From a virus (lineage: Duplodnaviria; Heunggongvirae; Uroviricota; Caudoviricetes), in IMG/VR virus record IMGVR_UViG_3300037312_000757: a stretch of 64,000 nucleotides of DNA; one strand, 5' to 3'. Within the stretch, counting starts at the first letter, position 1. Every line of letters starts with the position of its first letter. Under the pieces are notes generated by a model that worked only from the letters and a program-made list of their open reading frames with translations, was not told the DNA's origin and did not search any database. Both the position numbers and the translations under genes were made by a program. Below are positions 45,926 through 55,016 of the stretch, piece by piece.

Positions 45926-46356
45926 AGCGAGAACCTCTTGGTGATGTGATGAATTTCTGCTTTGCGAGCAGGACCGATACCCAGCGCAGTGATGATGGGT
46001 TCGCCTGTAAAAGCAGTGCCAGGGATGATGTGATGCTGATCGATAATCAGTTCACAGGGAATGCCAGCTTCCTTTGCGGCGTCGTACGCCTTCAGAATCG
46101 CGTCTTGGTTCTTGGCCTTCAGGCAGATTTTCGTGCCGATGCCGTCTCGCTGGTAAAAATCAGCGATATCAGGACGCTCTTTGAGAGCTTTGAGGTATGC
46201 ATTGAGATACGCGTGTCCGGCTTGTGCGGCAAGTTTGCCGGCAGACATGTTGAGATCGCCTCGCGTAATGGCGTAAAGACGATATGGGTCCTCTTCAGCT
46301 TCCGTTGCGGAATTCTGGAGGAACTCTTGCACTCAGCGATGGTCGAGATGATTCAT
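45916..46356 (-). CDS. pth2: Peptidyl-tRNA hydrolase Pth2 family; in-frame UGA at 46333-46335 (or GTG start at 46332)
   Basis: R.DL.MS.GKLAAQAGHA, K.CLK, IID, TALGIGP; best SD precedes ATG 46356. Confidence 0.85.
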
Positions 46357-46453
46357 TTCATTTGCTCCTTTTAGGGTTTCAGTTAGCTAGTGAAGATGTT
46401 TCACTAGAGATCATACTCTAGCATCGTACATCTTCACCGTGCAAATATTTATT

Positions 46454-47392
46454 TCACTTTGTTGCGTCGAGGTAACGAACGGCATCCAATGCAGCTTGAC
46501 AACCTGATCCAGCACTTGTGATGGCTTGACTATACACTGGGTCGGCAACGTCACCGCAAGCAAACACACCAGCTTTGCCGGTTCCTGTTTGGAACGTCAG
46601 ACCCTTTGTAGTCTTGATGAAGCCATAGTCATCAAGCATCAGCTGATCTTTGAACAGATCAGTATTTGGCTTGTGACCGATTGCAATAAACACGCCCGGT
46701 AGCCGGATTGATGTCAATGCTTGGCCGTTTGTGATGCTGATGGAATGCACACCGTTGTCATCACCATGTACTTCACGTAATGTAGAGTTCAGATGCAGCA
46801 CAATCTTGCCTTCATTGACCTTTTCCATCAAGTGATCGATCATGACTTGCTCAGCCTTGAATGTGTCACGACGATGGATCAAATGCACCTTGCTTGCGAT
46901 GTTGGACAGATACAGAGCTTCTTCAACCGCAGTGTTACCGCCACCAACTACCGCAACTTCCTGACCTTCATAGAAAAAGCCGTCACATGTTGCACAGCCT
47001 GATACACCACGTCCAAGGAATTCTTGCTCTGATGGCAGACCCAAATACTTAGCTGAAGCACCAGTCGCGATGATCAGCGAATCGCAAGTGTATGTGTCAC
47101 CAGTTTCTGTTGTCAGGGTGTATGGCTTGGTGTTGAGGTCAACGTTATTGACATAATCAATCACTACATTTGCACCAAAGCGAGTAGCGTGATCCTCGAG
47201 ACGTTGCATGAGGTCTGGGCCCATGATGCCTGTGACGTCGCCTGGCCAATTGTCAACTGTGGTGGTGGTCATCAGCTGGCCACCTTTGTCGAAGCCAGTG
47301 ATAACCGTTGGCTTCAAGCCTGCTCGTGCAGCGTAAAGGGCAGCGGTCCAACCAGCCGGGCCACTACCGAGAATAATGAGTTTTGAATGCAT
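46454..47392 (-). CDS. trxB: Thioredoxin reductase
   Basis: [42 protein letters not shown]. Confidence 0.96.
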   Translation of the reverse strand: MHSKLIILGSGPAGWTAALYAARAGLKPTVITGFDKGGQLMTTTTVDNWPGDVTGIMGPDLMQRLEDHATRFGANVVIDYVNNVDLNTKPYTLTTETGDTYTCDSLIIATGASAKYLGLPSEQEFLGRGVSGCATCDGFFYEGQEVAVVGGGNTAVEEALYLSNIASKVHLIHRRDTFKAEQVMIDHLMEKVNEGKIVLHLNSTLREVHGDDNGVHSISITNGQALTSIRLPGVFIAIGHKPNTDLFKDQLMLDDYGFIKTTKGLTFQTGTGKAGVFACGDVADPVYSQAITSAGSGCQAALDAVRYLDATK

Positions 47393-47404
47393 ATTTTTCC
47401 AATG

Positions 47405-47440
47405 AAAAAGCCCCAGTAGGGTTTCTACTGGGGCTTATTT
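47405..47440 (-). terminator. Intrinsic terminator
   Basis: AAGCCCCAGTAG-loop-CTACTGGGGCTT with T run. Confidence 0.65.
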
Positions 47441-47466
47441 TACTGGAAAGCTGGCTACTGGCCGAA

Positions 47467-47859
47467 TTACTTGATGTACGGCTTGACGTGCTCGACTGCC
47501 ATCTTGTAGCGCTTGCCATCGGCAGCTTCGACCTGCACCGGGTATTCGCGCGCCTTCGTGTTCCAGCCGATGATCTTGAACGTACCGAGCCGCGGATGGC
47601 TGTAGCTCTTCTCGAGGTCGATACCCGGGAGATACAGCTTCGCGTACACCTCCAGAGCACTGGCCTTGCGTTCTTGCTTGCGACCTTCACTACCTTGCGT
47701 CATGAACTCGACCTTCACGAGACTCGACGTCGGCGAGAACGACGCTCCGCGCACTGCCACGTTCAGGCCGTACTTCTTGGCAAACTCCTGCAGGTGAGCG
47801 TTGAGTGCAGCGTTGAGGTCACGTGCAACTGCGCGGTCGAACTGTTGAACTTTTTCCAT
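47467..47859 (-). CDS. Hypothetical protein
   Basis: AAGGAG SD; TTGACT-17-TATCAT promoter; biased codons. Confidence 0.75.
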   Translation of the reverse strand: MEKVQQFDRAVARDLNAALNAHLQEFAKKYGLNVAVRGASFSPTSSLVKVEFMTQGSEGRKQERKASALEVYAKLYLPGIDLEKSYSHPRLGTFKIIGWNTKAREYPVQVEAADGKRYKMAVEHVKPYIK

Positions 47860-47925
47860 TTGTTGCTCTCCTTTGTTGTTTACCATGCATCAAATGATAA
47901 GTTCACTTGAACCGCCAGTCAACAC

Positions 47926-48249
47926 TTATTTGACTATCACTCTCATTCTGTTGGCTGTGAACACAACCTCCAAGTATTCCGATACATAGTTCGGAGCCCA
48001 CCACTCGAATACTTTGAAACCATCAGCGATGGGGATTGACGTCGTTTCGACTAACCCGTTGCGCTTGACTGCTGCTTTGATAACGTCATCGCTGATGCTG
48101 GCGTAATGCGCCTCCAACAGGGTGTCACTGTTGTTCACCAGCATGAGCTGCGGTACGTTCACTTCACGCAGCGACAGCATAATATCGCTTGCTTTTCGTT
48201 CGAAAGCTTTGAAGGCAGTGTCGTAGGCCGCCTGCTTGATTCTGCTCAT
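47926..48249 (-). CDS. Hypothetical protein
   Basis: 107 aa ORF. Confidence 0.65.
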   Translation of the reverse strand: MSRIKQAAYDTAFKAFERKASDIMLSLREVNVPQLMLVNNSDTLLEAHYASISDDVIKAAVKRNGLVETTSIPIADGFKVFEWWAPNYVSEYLEVVFTANRMRVIVK

Positions 48250-48332
48250 TTACCGTCCCAAATATATCAGTTAACTCAAAAAGAATGAGCTGCCATTTTA
48301 GCAGCTCATTCGGTCGTCAACAAGCGAAGTGA

Positions 48333-48785
48333 TTAGGATGGTTCGTGGTCCCTGATGCGCTCGCGTTGTTGTGCATCGTATTTGTGGGCAGACTTAGCAC
48401 CAGTTCCCGACATGGGCCAGAAACGGTCATCGTCTATGATGCTACGCCGAGAGTTCTGTGATGCTTCCCTGAGGTTGGCATATTGATCGGTGTGAGTGCC
48501 AGAAGGATATTCGACAGGCCGATCAGTTTGAGGCGATGCTGTTTGCATTTTCTCAACCACGTTCACAAATTGAATTACCGGGAAACTGTTCAACCAACCA
48601 GCTTCGGCACGCTTGCAGTTCTCCATATAAAAGTCGCAGCAAGCGCCCGATACTTCGACAAGCGGTGCGAATATTCCCCATGAAAGCAGATTTGCGTAAT
48701 TGGTTACGGCTTTTACCGTTGATACTTGGGCTTCAGCAACCAGTGTTGTGAGCCCGTTAATCCGCTTAAACGTTTCTGCCAACAT
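48333..48785 (-). CDS. Hypothetical protein
   Basis: 150 aa ORF with AAGGGA SD. Confidence 0.6.
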   Translation of the reverse strand: MLAETFKRINGLTTLVAEAQVSTVKAVTNYANLLSWGIFAPLVEVSGACCDFYMENCKRAEAGWLNSFPVIQFVNVVEKMQTASPQTDRPVEYPSGTHTDQYANLREASQNSRRSIIDDDRFWPMSGTGAKSAHKYDAQQRERIRDHEPS

Positions 48786-48814
48786 AGCGATCCCTTAATA
48801 AGCTAATATGTCAA

Positions 48815-48970
48815 TTACATGCCCTTTCGTTGTTGATCGGACTGCTGATTGGGATGCTTTTGCTGGCCCTGGTCTCTCCGTTGTTCCTGCTGGTTCGGTT
48901 TCTGATTCTGCTGGCCCTGGCCTTGATTCTGGCTCTGCGACTGATCCGACTGCTGATTGGATTGGCTCAT
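48815..48970 (-). CDS. Small Gln/Asn-rich disordered protein (51 aa)
   Basis: GGAG SD before MSQSNQQ. Confidence 0.6.
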   Translation of the reverse strand: MSQSNQQSDQSQSQNQGQGQQNQKPNQQEQRRDQGQQKHPNQQSDQQRKGM

Positions 48971-49065
48971 GAACTTCTCCAGAGAGTTGAGATCCCCGTT
49001 ACCGGGACAAACAATTGTACAGAGCTGATCTGAAAGCGCAATACATGATTCATAGCCATCAATAC

Positions 49066-49092
49066 AAAAGGGCCACTTGCGTGGCCCTTTTG
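49066..49092 (-). terminator. Terminator after tmRNA
   Basis: AAAAGGGCCAC-GCAA-GTGGCCCTTTT. Confidence 0.75.
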
Positions 49093-49094
49093 GG

Positions 49095-49531
49095 TGTTTT
49101 CTGTTGCTAGGCATTTCCTGCCCCGGCATCGCTTAATCCCGAAGGATTAAGCAGCCATCGCAAAAACGTTGTCGTTTGCGGTTACTTCTTTTGTGCGCTT
49201 TACGAGCGTCACCTCAACGGATACCTCGTCTAATCTTTATTACCGCCCGTCGAAACCAGGTCGGGCCCATCAGGACAGTCCTCAGAGTACCAACGGGGTA
49301 AGCACTTTACGCCTTATCAGTGCGTCGCTTTGCCCAATTACCCCCAGTGTGAACCAGGGCGCTTGTGAGAGCTACAGCCTGCTTAGTTAGCAAGTGCTCT
49401 ACTAAAACTCTGTCATTCTGCACGCTTATCGCGAATCTGCTTGCATTCAGACCACAAAGACTGTTTTGGTGGACCCGGCGGGAATCGAACCCGCGTCCGA
49501 ACCGTCTATTCCATTAGATGTCAACAGCATC
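49095..49531 (-). ncRNA. ssrA: Circularly permuted (two-piece) tmRNA: acceptor piece ~49531-49467, intervening segment 49466-49269, coding piece from 49268; tag (A)ANDNVFAMAA at 49179-49147
   Basis: GGGCCCG/CGGGUCC-A-CCA stem with G3.U70, GGTTCGATTCC T arm, GGTTTCGACGGG 5' motif, ANDN..AA tag; the CCA end lies upstream of the 5' end. Confidence 0.92.
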
Positions 49532-49538
49532 AAAACAA

Positions 49539-49567
49539 ATGATAACGCAATTAGTTCACCGCGTCAA
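49539..49567 (-). promoter_or_regulatory. tmRNA promoter TTGACG-17-TATCAT
   Basis: Read from the sequence. Confidence 0.7.
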
Positions 49568-49800
49568 GCGCTGTTTGCACCCAGGTGGCTGTTATTCACA
49601 ACACTCCGAGGAAGCGCTTTGAAGACGGCATGGCGATCGTTCTTGACGGCAATGCCTTGAGGTTTGAAGAAGGGAGCCATTGGGTCCTGTCTTGCGTAGG
49701 TGTCTTCCATAGCGTCGACCCATTCGAAGAAACGCTTGCGGTCGTATTCTTCGGGCGTTGTGCAGCCGTGCGCTGCGAGGAAATCTTGCTCATCGTGCAT
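49564..49800 (-). CDS. Hypothetical protein
   Basis: AGGAG SD before MHDEQ. Confidence 0.6.
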   Translation of the reverse strand: MHDEQDFLAAHGCTTPEEYDRKRFFEWVDAMEDTYARQDPMAPFFKPQGIAVKNDRHAVFKALPRSVVNNSHLGANSA

Positions 49801-49894
49801 GGTCTCTCCTAGTTGCCATGTGCCATATTGTAGCAGTATGATGGCAACCGTCAAGGACCAAAATAGAAATGGTACCAACGTGGTACCATTTGCT

Positions 49895-50362
49895 TTACTT
49901 CTGTGCGTTGTTGTCTAGAATGCGGTTGATCATTCCACTTTCCCACGCTTGTCGATATCGACAGTCCTCGGCGTGATACGAAACGTCCGGTGTTTTCGTC
50001 ATACACGAACACAGCGGAAAGTCTTGTAAGGCAGCTTGCATTTCTGCAAGCTTATTGGCCTCAATCTCTTCATGAATCTGTGCAGCATGTGCAGCACGCG
50101 CAGCAAGAGACCGTTCACAAACTTCGCGGAGTCGTTCAGTGTCATTTTTGCTGAGCATAACCGTATCCCAGTGACCGTACTTTGAAGTATATCCAAATAC
50201 GTACTTGACTGCAACCCAGATTCGCTTAAACACATTGTGATACTGGTTGAGATACGCGCTCAGGTACAATTCACCTTCTTCTGTATCGAACGTAAACTTG
50301 AACGTATGTTCATCACTACCACAATCGCAGTCGAAGTGATGTTTTTCAAATCCTTCCCACAT
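49895..50362 (-). CDS. Hypothetical protein
   Basis: CDCGS.EH; FKRIW.A.KYVFG. Confidence 0.7.
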   Translation of the reverse strand: MWEGFEKHHFDCDCGSDEHTFKFTFDTEEGELYLSAYLNQYHNVFKRIWVAVKYVFGYTSKYGHWDTVMLSKNDTERLREVCERSLAARAAHAAQIHEEIEANKLAEMQAALQDFPLCSCMTKTPDVSYHAEDCRYRQAWESGMINRILDNNAQK

Positions 50363-50373
50363 ATTATCCCCTT

Positions 50374-50634
50374 TTACAGCCAACGCAACTTGAACACCAT
50401 TGCGTCAGCTTCTTCTTTTATATGAACAGTGACAATTGGGTCGCCACCATTGAAGCGGTTGATTGCTTCGTATTCACCTGTCATCGTCTCTTTCATCCAC
50501 TCGATAACAGCATAACGTTCGTCGTGAGTGCCATACACCCAGCAATGCCAACCTACGATGTCTTCTTCGAATCGTTTTTCAGATCCGAACGGGAAGGACC
50601 ACCCGTCATGATATTGCCAATAATCAACTCGCAT
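50374..50634 (-). CDS. FKLxW-family small protein (dispersed copy)
   Basis: EWMKE...EADAMVFKLRW. Confidence 0.75.
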   Translation of the reverse strand: MRVDYWQYHDGWSFPFGSEKRFEEDIVGWHCWVYGTHDERYAVIEWMKETMTGEYEAINRFNGGDPIVTVHIKEEADAMVFKLRWL

Positions 50635-51556
50635 TTGCTGCCTCAAACAATTCAACATAGTCTACATCTGGTGTTTGGATCTCACCCCAGTGGTCGATTG
50701 CAAATTCACGGAACCATCCTGACGTCAAGTTCGTGCAAATACGCATCAATGCGCGACCATATGCTTTTAACGGATCAGTTTCCTTACCAGGAATCACGTA
50801 GCGCTCAAGTGCGATAACCATCGCTTCTTCACGAACAGTTCTCAGCTTGTTTTCGTGAGACTGTCGTTCAAACAGTTGCTTGTCGATCCACGCTTTTGAT
50901 GGATCGTTCTTCAGAACCTGGTACATTGGCGTATCGTGATACTTCACGATATCATGCAAGTCATCGTGTTCGTAGACTCGTTTCAATGCACGCTCACTCT
51001 TTGCGAAAAACTGTGCATTAGACTGATTTAAGCGTGCCTCGAATCGTTTGCCAAACTTTGCTTCATTCTCTGCTAGGCGGGCGTTGAAGAAGTCGACATG
51101 TTCACGAAGAAAATTTCCACAATACGGCTTCATGTACGTCAAGTCAGAAATCGTCTTTTGCCAGTGAACTTGCCAATAGACATGGCTACGTTTCATCAAG
51201 TACAGGTACTCAATTGGCGGAACATGGCCAGTCGTGTCGACTGGCACGCCGTCGTCAATGCACAGCGTGATATGCATCGGTGTGAATGTATCGCGCATAT
51301 CCCACAACATCTGAGAACTTGGGTTCACTTCGGCAATTTCAAGCTCAACCCGACGCCCACACTTCAACAGACACTTGAACTTCCACGGTGACGTGGGAAT
51401 CATGTACTCGATGTACTTTTGGTTTCTTGTGGCCCAGTCATGTATCTGAGTCAACGAACCAATCATGTCGAGATCATTAGCAGTTCTTAATGCTTGCCGT
51501 CCCTGAAGTCTATTCAAATGATTCAAGCCATATGAGCCAACCACAATCATTGTCAT
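50624..51556 (-). CDS. Conserved jumbo-phage protein with a nucleotidyltransferase-like N-terminus
   Basis: VGS....DLD; KRSH; HDDLH; EEA.VIALER; TSGWFREFA. Confidence 0.7.
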   Translation of the reverse strand: MTMIVVGSYGLNHLNRLQGRQALRTANDLDMIGSLTQIHDWATRNQKYIEYMIPTSPWKFKCLLKCGRRVELEIAEVNPSSQMLWDMRDTFTPMHITLCIDDGVPVDTTGHVPPIEYLYLMKRSHVYWQVHWQKTISDLTYMKPYCGNFLREHVDFFNARLAENEAKFGKRFEARLNQSNAQFFAKSERALKRVYEHDDLHDIVKYHDTPMYQVLKNDPSKAWIDKQLFERQSHENKLRTVREEAMVIALERYVIPGKETDPLKAYGRALMRICTNLTSGWFREFAIDHWGEIQTPDVDYVELFEAANAS

Positions 51557-51828
51557 TAGTCCGATGATTCGTCTTCGCTGCTATCGTAATCGCCGTCGTC
51601 GTATGAACTACCAGGTACCACCGCCATCTCTTTTTCCGCCGTGTCGAGGATAGCTTTCACACCCATCAAAGGAATTTGTCCACTACTCTCTTTGGTGAAT
51701 CGAGTCTGGCGCACTGTGAGCTCAGCCTCGGCTTCGGCACGAGTCAGTTCAGCTGCTTTGTACCGGTTGACGACGCTTTGGATAGCGTCGACCGTTTTAC
51801 GGAGGATAGCGAGGGCGTTCGTGGACAT
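51556..51828 (-). CDS. Hypothetical protein with acidic tail
   Basis: Coupled ORF. Confidence 0.65.
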   Translation of the reverse strand: MSTNALAILRKTVDAIQSVVNRYKAAELTRAEAEAELTVRQTRFTKESSGQIPLMGVKAILDTAEKEMAVVPGSSYDDGDYDSSEDESSD

Positions 51829-51887
51829 ATTCAGTTAGTACAGTAATGGCAACCAATGATAGTACACTTTTGTTGCCATTACTACAA

Positions 51888-52799
51888 TCAAATAACCGAC
51901 TTTAGGACCGAAGACAACGCAGGTGACGTCATCTTCGATGCAATGTCCTTGAAGCAAGGGTCAGATTGAATCGCGCTCATCGCGTTTGCAATACCAATCT
52001 TCATTTGGTTTTCGATAGCGATCGCTGCTGAGTCTACTACATTAACGACAGTAGAGATCGCCGACTTGACACTAGCGGTTGCTGAACTGATTGCTGAATG
52101 AATGTCGTTAAAGACTTCACTCGCAATGGGAACACCAGGAATCGATGTTGGCAACCCAGTAATCGGATCGATTGGACCAACTTGAGGTAGTGCATTCTTC
52201 ACAGCATTTGCAAAGTTTGATACCGCACTACCAATTGATGACTCAAGTGCGTTGATCTCTGATCCGATTGAACCGTAGAGCTGACCTAAAGACGATTGGA
52301 CAGCATGGATTCCATCCGAGATGCCCTGAATTGCAGCACATGCAGAAGGTGCTGAGCCGGGGTTTACCGCGTTCAGACGTGCATTCAATGCGTTCTGGCT
52401 TTGCGCAGTTGACAACATTGACATCGCATTCGGTACACCAATCGATTGGGTAATCGTTGATGTCTGAGTACCATAACTGAACAGTTGACTTGGAATTGAA
52501 GTCACACCGTTCAATGTTGGCATCACTTGACTAGTCATCTGGGCTGTGATCTGATCCATCGACTGCAATCCACCGCCACTATGAATGTCGAGCATGTCAG
52601 ATAAGTGACCACGCAATGCAGCAATATCAGCAGCAGCAACGCCTGAGGCGTTGGTCATGGCTGTATCAAAATCAGCGAGCGATGGAAGATTACCCATCGC
52701 ACTATGAATAGCACCAAATGCAGAACCACTGAAAGGATTTTGAATAAACTGGCTAGGGTTCAGAGCCAGAACACCACTTAGTTGACTTTCGCCAATCAT
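51888..52799 (-). CDS. Probable baseplate/virion protein
   Basis: Follows the PAAR gene; A/S/G-rich, C-terminal DPC. Confidence 0.65.
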   Translation of the reverse strand: MIGESQLSGVLALNPSQFIQNPFSGSAFGAIHSAMGNLPSLADFDTAMTNASGVAAADIAALRGHLSDMLDIHSGGGLQSMDQITAQMTSQVMPTLNGVTSIPSQLFSYGTQTSTITQSIGVPNAMSMLSTAQSQNALNARLNAVNPGSAPSACAAIQGISDGIHAVQSSLGQLYGSIGSEINALESSIGSAVSNFANAVKNALPQVGPIDPITGLPTSIPGVPIASEVFNDIHSAISSATASVKSAISTVVNVVDSAAIAIENQMKIGIANAMSAIQSDPCFKDIASKMTSPALSSVLKSVI

Positions 52800-52809
52800 A
52801 TTATTTTCC

Positions 52810-53067
52810 TTAACCGCAATCGCTTGTTGGGGAACCACCAGTAATGATAGCTCCGCAACTTAGCTGATCACCAATTCGCGCTGTCCCGAGTGAGTCGGTT
52901 TGTACTGTTGTAGAACCACCAACAATAGTGACGGTGCCATGCTCGTGACAATAAGCAGTATCACCCACTCGAGCAGCACCAAGACCGTCAACGGTCACGT
53001 CGCCACTAGCTGACGTAATATATCCACCATGGGTGTGACTATCACCCAGTCTTGCAACGCCACCCAT
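52810..53067 (-). CDS. PAAR spike-tip protein
   Basis: VARLGD..HGG.I, AARVGD...C..HG, ARIGD..CGA.I..GSP. Confidence 0.92.
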   Translation of the reverse strand: MGGVARLGDSHTHGGYITSASGDVTVDGLGAARVGDTAYCHEHGTVTIVGGSTTVQTDSLGTARIGDQLSCGAIITGGSPTSDCG

Positions 53068-53399
53068 TACAGCTTGATGTTTGAATCAACGAGTTCAATA
53101 GACGAAGTAGCCTTGCGATACTGTGAAGCAGCATCTGAACGTGCAAGTGCTGGTTCGACCATCAGACGGCTTTCGTGAATCACATAGTCGTCTGAGTCAT
53201 CACGACCAAGCATGAAAGGGGCGAACTGAACAGCACCTTGACCATTGCCAACTGGCACCAGCTGCATGATAACTGGTTTTGTAACAGTGTATTTGCCGTT
53301 ATCAAAGCTTGAGAATGTTGCGAGGATTTCCTCACCGTTCATGAACTTGAGAACGATGACGTCGCGTGCGTCGAAAGGTTGAGAGTTATTAACAAGCAT
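53067..53399 (-). CDS. Sm-like-fold phage protein
   Basis: LK..NGEE..A, KP, PF, Y...TS.I. Confidence 0.65.
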   Translation of the reverse strand: MLVNNSQPFDARDVIVLKFMNGEEILATFSSFDNGKYTVTKPVIMQLVPVGNGQGAVQFAPFMLGRDDSDDYVIHESRLMVEPALARSDAASQYRKATSSIELVDSNIKL

Positions 53400-53488
53400 T
53401 ATTGCTTCCTTTTGTAATTGTGGTATGATTATAAAAGAAGATGGCTAGGTATTCAAAATACCTAGCCATCTTGCTGAATAATTACTAA

Positions 53489-54496
53489 TTAGAAATCGAG
53501 TTCGTCGTCGAAGTTGACGTCACCACCAATACCAACTGTGTAGTCAGCAACGGTACGCTCGAAGAAGTTTGTATGGCTGCTCAAATCTTGCAGTTCCATG
53601 AATGGGAATGGGTTCTGTGACTTGTACTTTGGCAGCATACCAAGACGAACACGACGTGCATCACCAATGTATTGGAGATATTCGCGCATCTGTTCCTTGG
53701 TCATACCAGCAACGCCGAGTGACAGTGCTTCTTCAGCAAACTGCATTTCACATTCGATCGCTTCATCGATCATGTCGCTGACTTGTTGTGCGAAGTCATC
53801 ATTCCAAAGCTCTGGATATTCTGAACGGATCAGGTCAACCAGTTCGAACGCAACTTCCATATGCTTGGACTCATCACGGAACACCCAGTTGGTGCCGCTA
53901 CCAAGACCATGCAGGTAACCCTTGCTACGCAGGTAGTAGACATATGAGAACGCGCCGAAGAAGAACAACCCTTCGATAGCTGCCGCAAATGTGATCAGGT
54001 TCAACAGGAACGTGCGACGATCTTCTTCAGTCTCGAGACGGTCAATCTTTGCTGATTGGTCGAGATACTTGAAGCAGAAGTCACCCTTGCGCTTGATACT
54101 TGGGATTTCATCCAGTGCAGCAAATGCTTTTGCGCGATCTTCTGGATCTGGCAAGTACTCGTCAAGCAGTGTCAAGTAGAACTGAACGTGCAGTGCTTCT
54201 TCGAAGATCTGACGTGAGTAATACAGACGTGCTTCTGGTGAATTCACGTGCTTGTACAGATTGAGAACTGCATTTTCACCAACGATGCTGTCGCCAGTGG
54301 CGAAAAATGCAACGATGTATTGCACAACTTGTTTTTCAGCAACCGTGAGCTTGTCACGCAAGTGTTCTTTGTCTGTGGAGAACGAGATTTCTTGCACTGT
54401 CCAGTTATTCTTCTGTGCATCAACAAAGTGATTAAACAGTTTTGGATAGCGCATTGGGCGCAGGGTGTGATTGAACCCCGGATCAAGAATTGGCAT
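53489..54496 (-). CDS. nrdB: Ribonucleotide reductase class Ia beta subunit
   Basis: FFATGD, EEALH..Y, EGLFF, RDESKH, NFFE..V..Y. Confidence 0.95.
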   Translation of the reverse strand: MPILDPGFNHTLRPMRYPKLFNHFVDAQKNNWTVQEISFSTDKEHLRDKLTVAEKQVVQYIVAFFATGDSIVGENAVLNLYKHVNSPEARLYYSRQIFEEALHVQFYLTLLDEYLPDPEDRAKAFAALDEIPSIKRKGDFCFKYLDQSAKIDRLETEEDRRTFLLNLITFAAAIEGLFFFGAFSYVYYLRSKGYLHGLGSGTNWVFRDESKHMEVAFELVDLIRSEYPELWNDDFAQQVSDMIDEAIECEMQFAEEALSLGVAGMTKEQMREYLQYIGDARRVRLGMLPKYKSQNPFPFMELQDLSSHTNFFERTVADYTVGIGGDVNFDDELDF

Positions 54497-54539
54497 TGTT
54501 ACCTCAATAATTTCTAATTTTTATTCAGCGATGGATGGC

Positions 54540-55016
54540 TTACTCGTCATCCAATTCTTCTACGAACTCGTGATCGAGCAGGATAGGGAAGTCTGGCTTA
54601 TTCAGTGCTTCAGTATCGAAGTCACCTACGTCATAGCTCAATGTGATATGGCATTTGTATTCTGGGAAGTCATACGTTGCTCCCTTTGCCATTGCTTCGT
54701 CGAAACGCTTATGTTGATATGAACTGTAATAGTGCCACACCAAGCAACGTTTGCCACCTCGAGTATCCCACGTCTCGAGTACGGAAGAGTCTGTATTTAC
54801 CTTCAAGTTTATGCGTTCTGCCGGAGTCCAATCAATATTGGTGCGTGAATATACGACGGTAGAATGCAGGTCTTCGGGTGATACAGGATCGGGGATATTG
54901 TTACGGCGTTGAAACTCGACGATTGCGTCGATGGTTTCTTGTTTGAATTTGACAGCGACGTAGATTCCGGGAGCCTCGCCCCCGGAAGTCACTGTATTGT
55001 CAGCGACATCAGCCAT
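54540..55016 (-). CDS. acb1: 2H phosphoesterase, anti-CBASS Acb1 (T4 gp57B-like)
   Basis: LHSTVVYSR and YDFPEYKCHITLSY HxT motifs. Confidence 0.8.
   Translation of the reverse strand: MADVADNTVTSGGEAPGIYVAVKFKQETIDAIVEFQRRNNIPDPVSPEDLHSTVVYSRTNIDWTPAERINLKVNTDSSVLETWDTRGGKRCLVWHYYSSYQHKRFDEAMAKGATYDFPEYKCHITLSYDVGDFDTEALNKPDFPILLDHEFVEELDDE

Noticed and set aside
48333-48785. PHB depolymerase/phasin similarity
   Set aside because: Only a vague N-terminal resemblance; no catalytic motifs
49467-49500. Truncated tRNA or attP/att site
   Set aside because: It pairs perfectly with 49262-49268 and belongs to the permuted tmRNA; no integrase nearby
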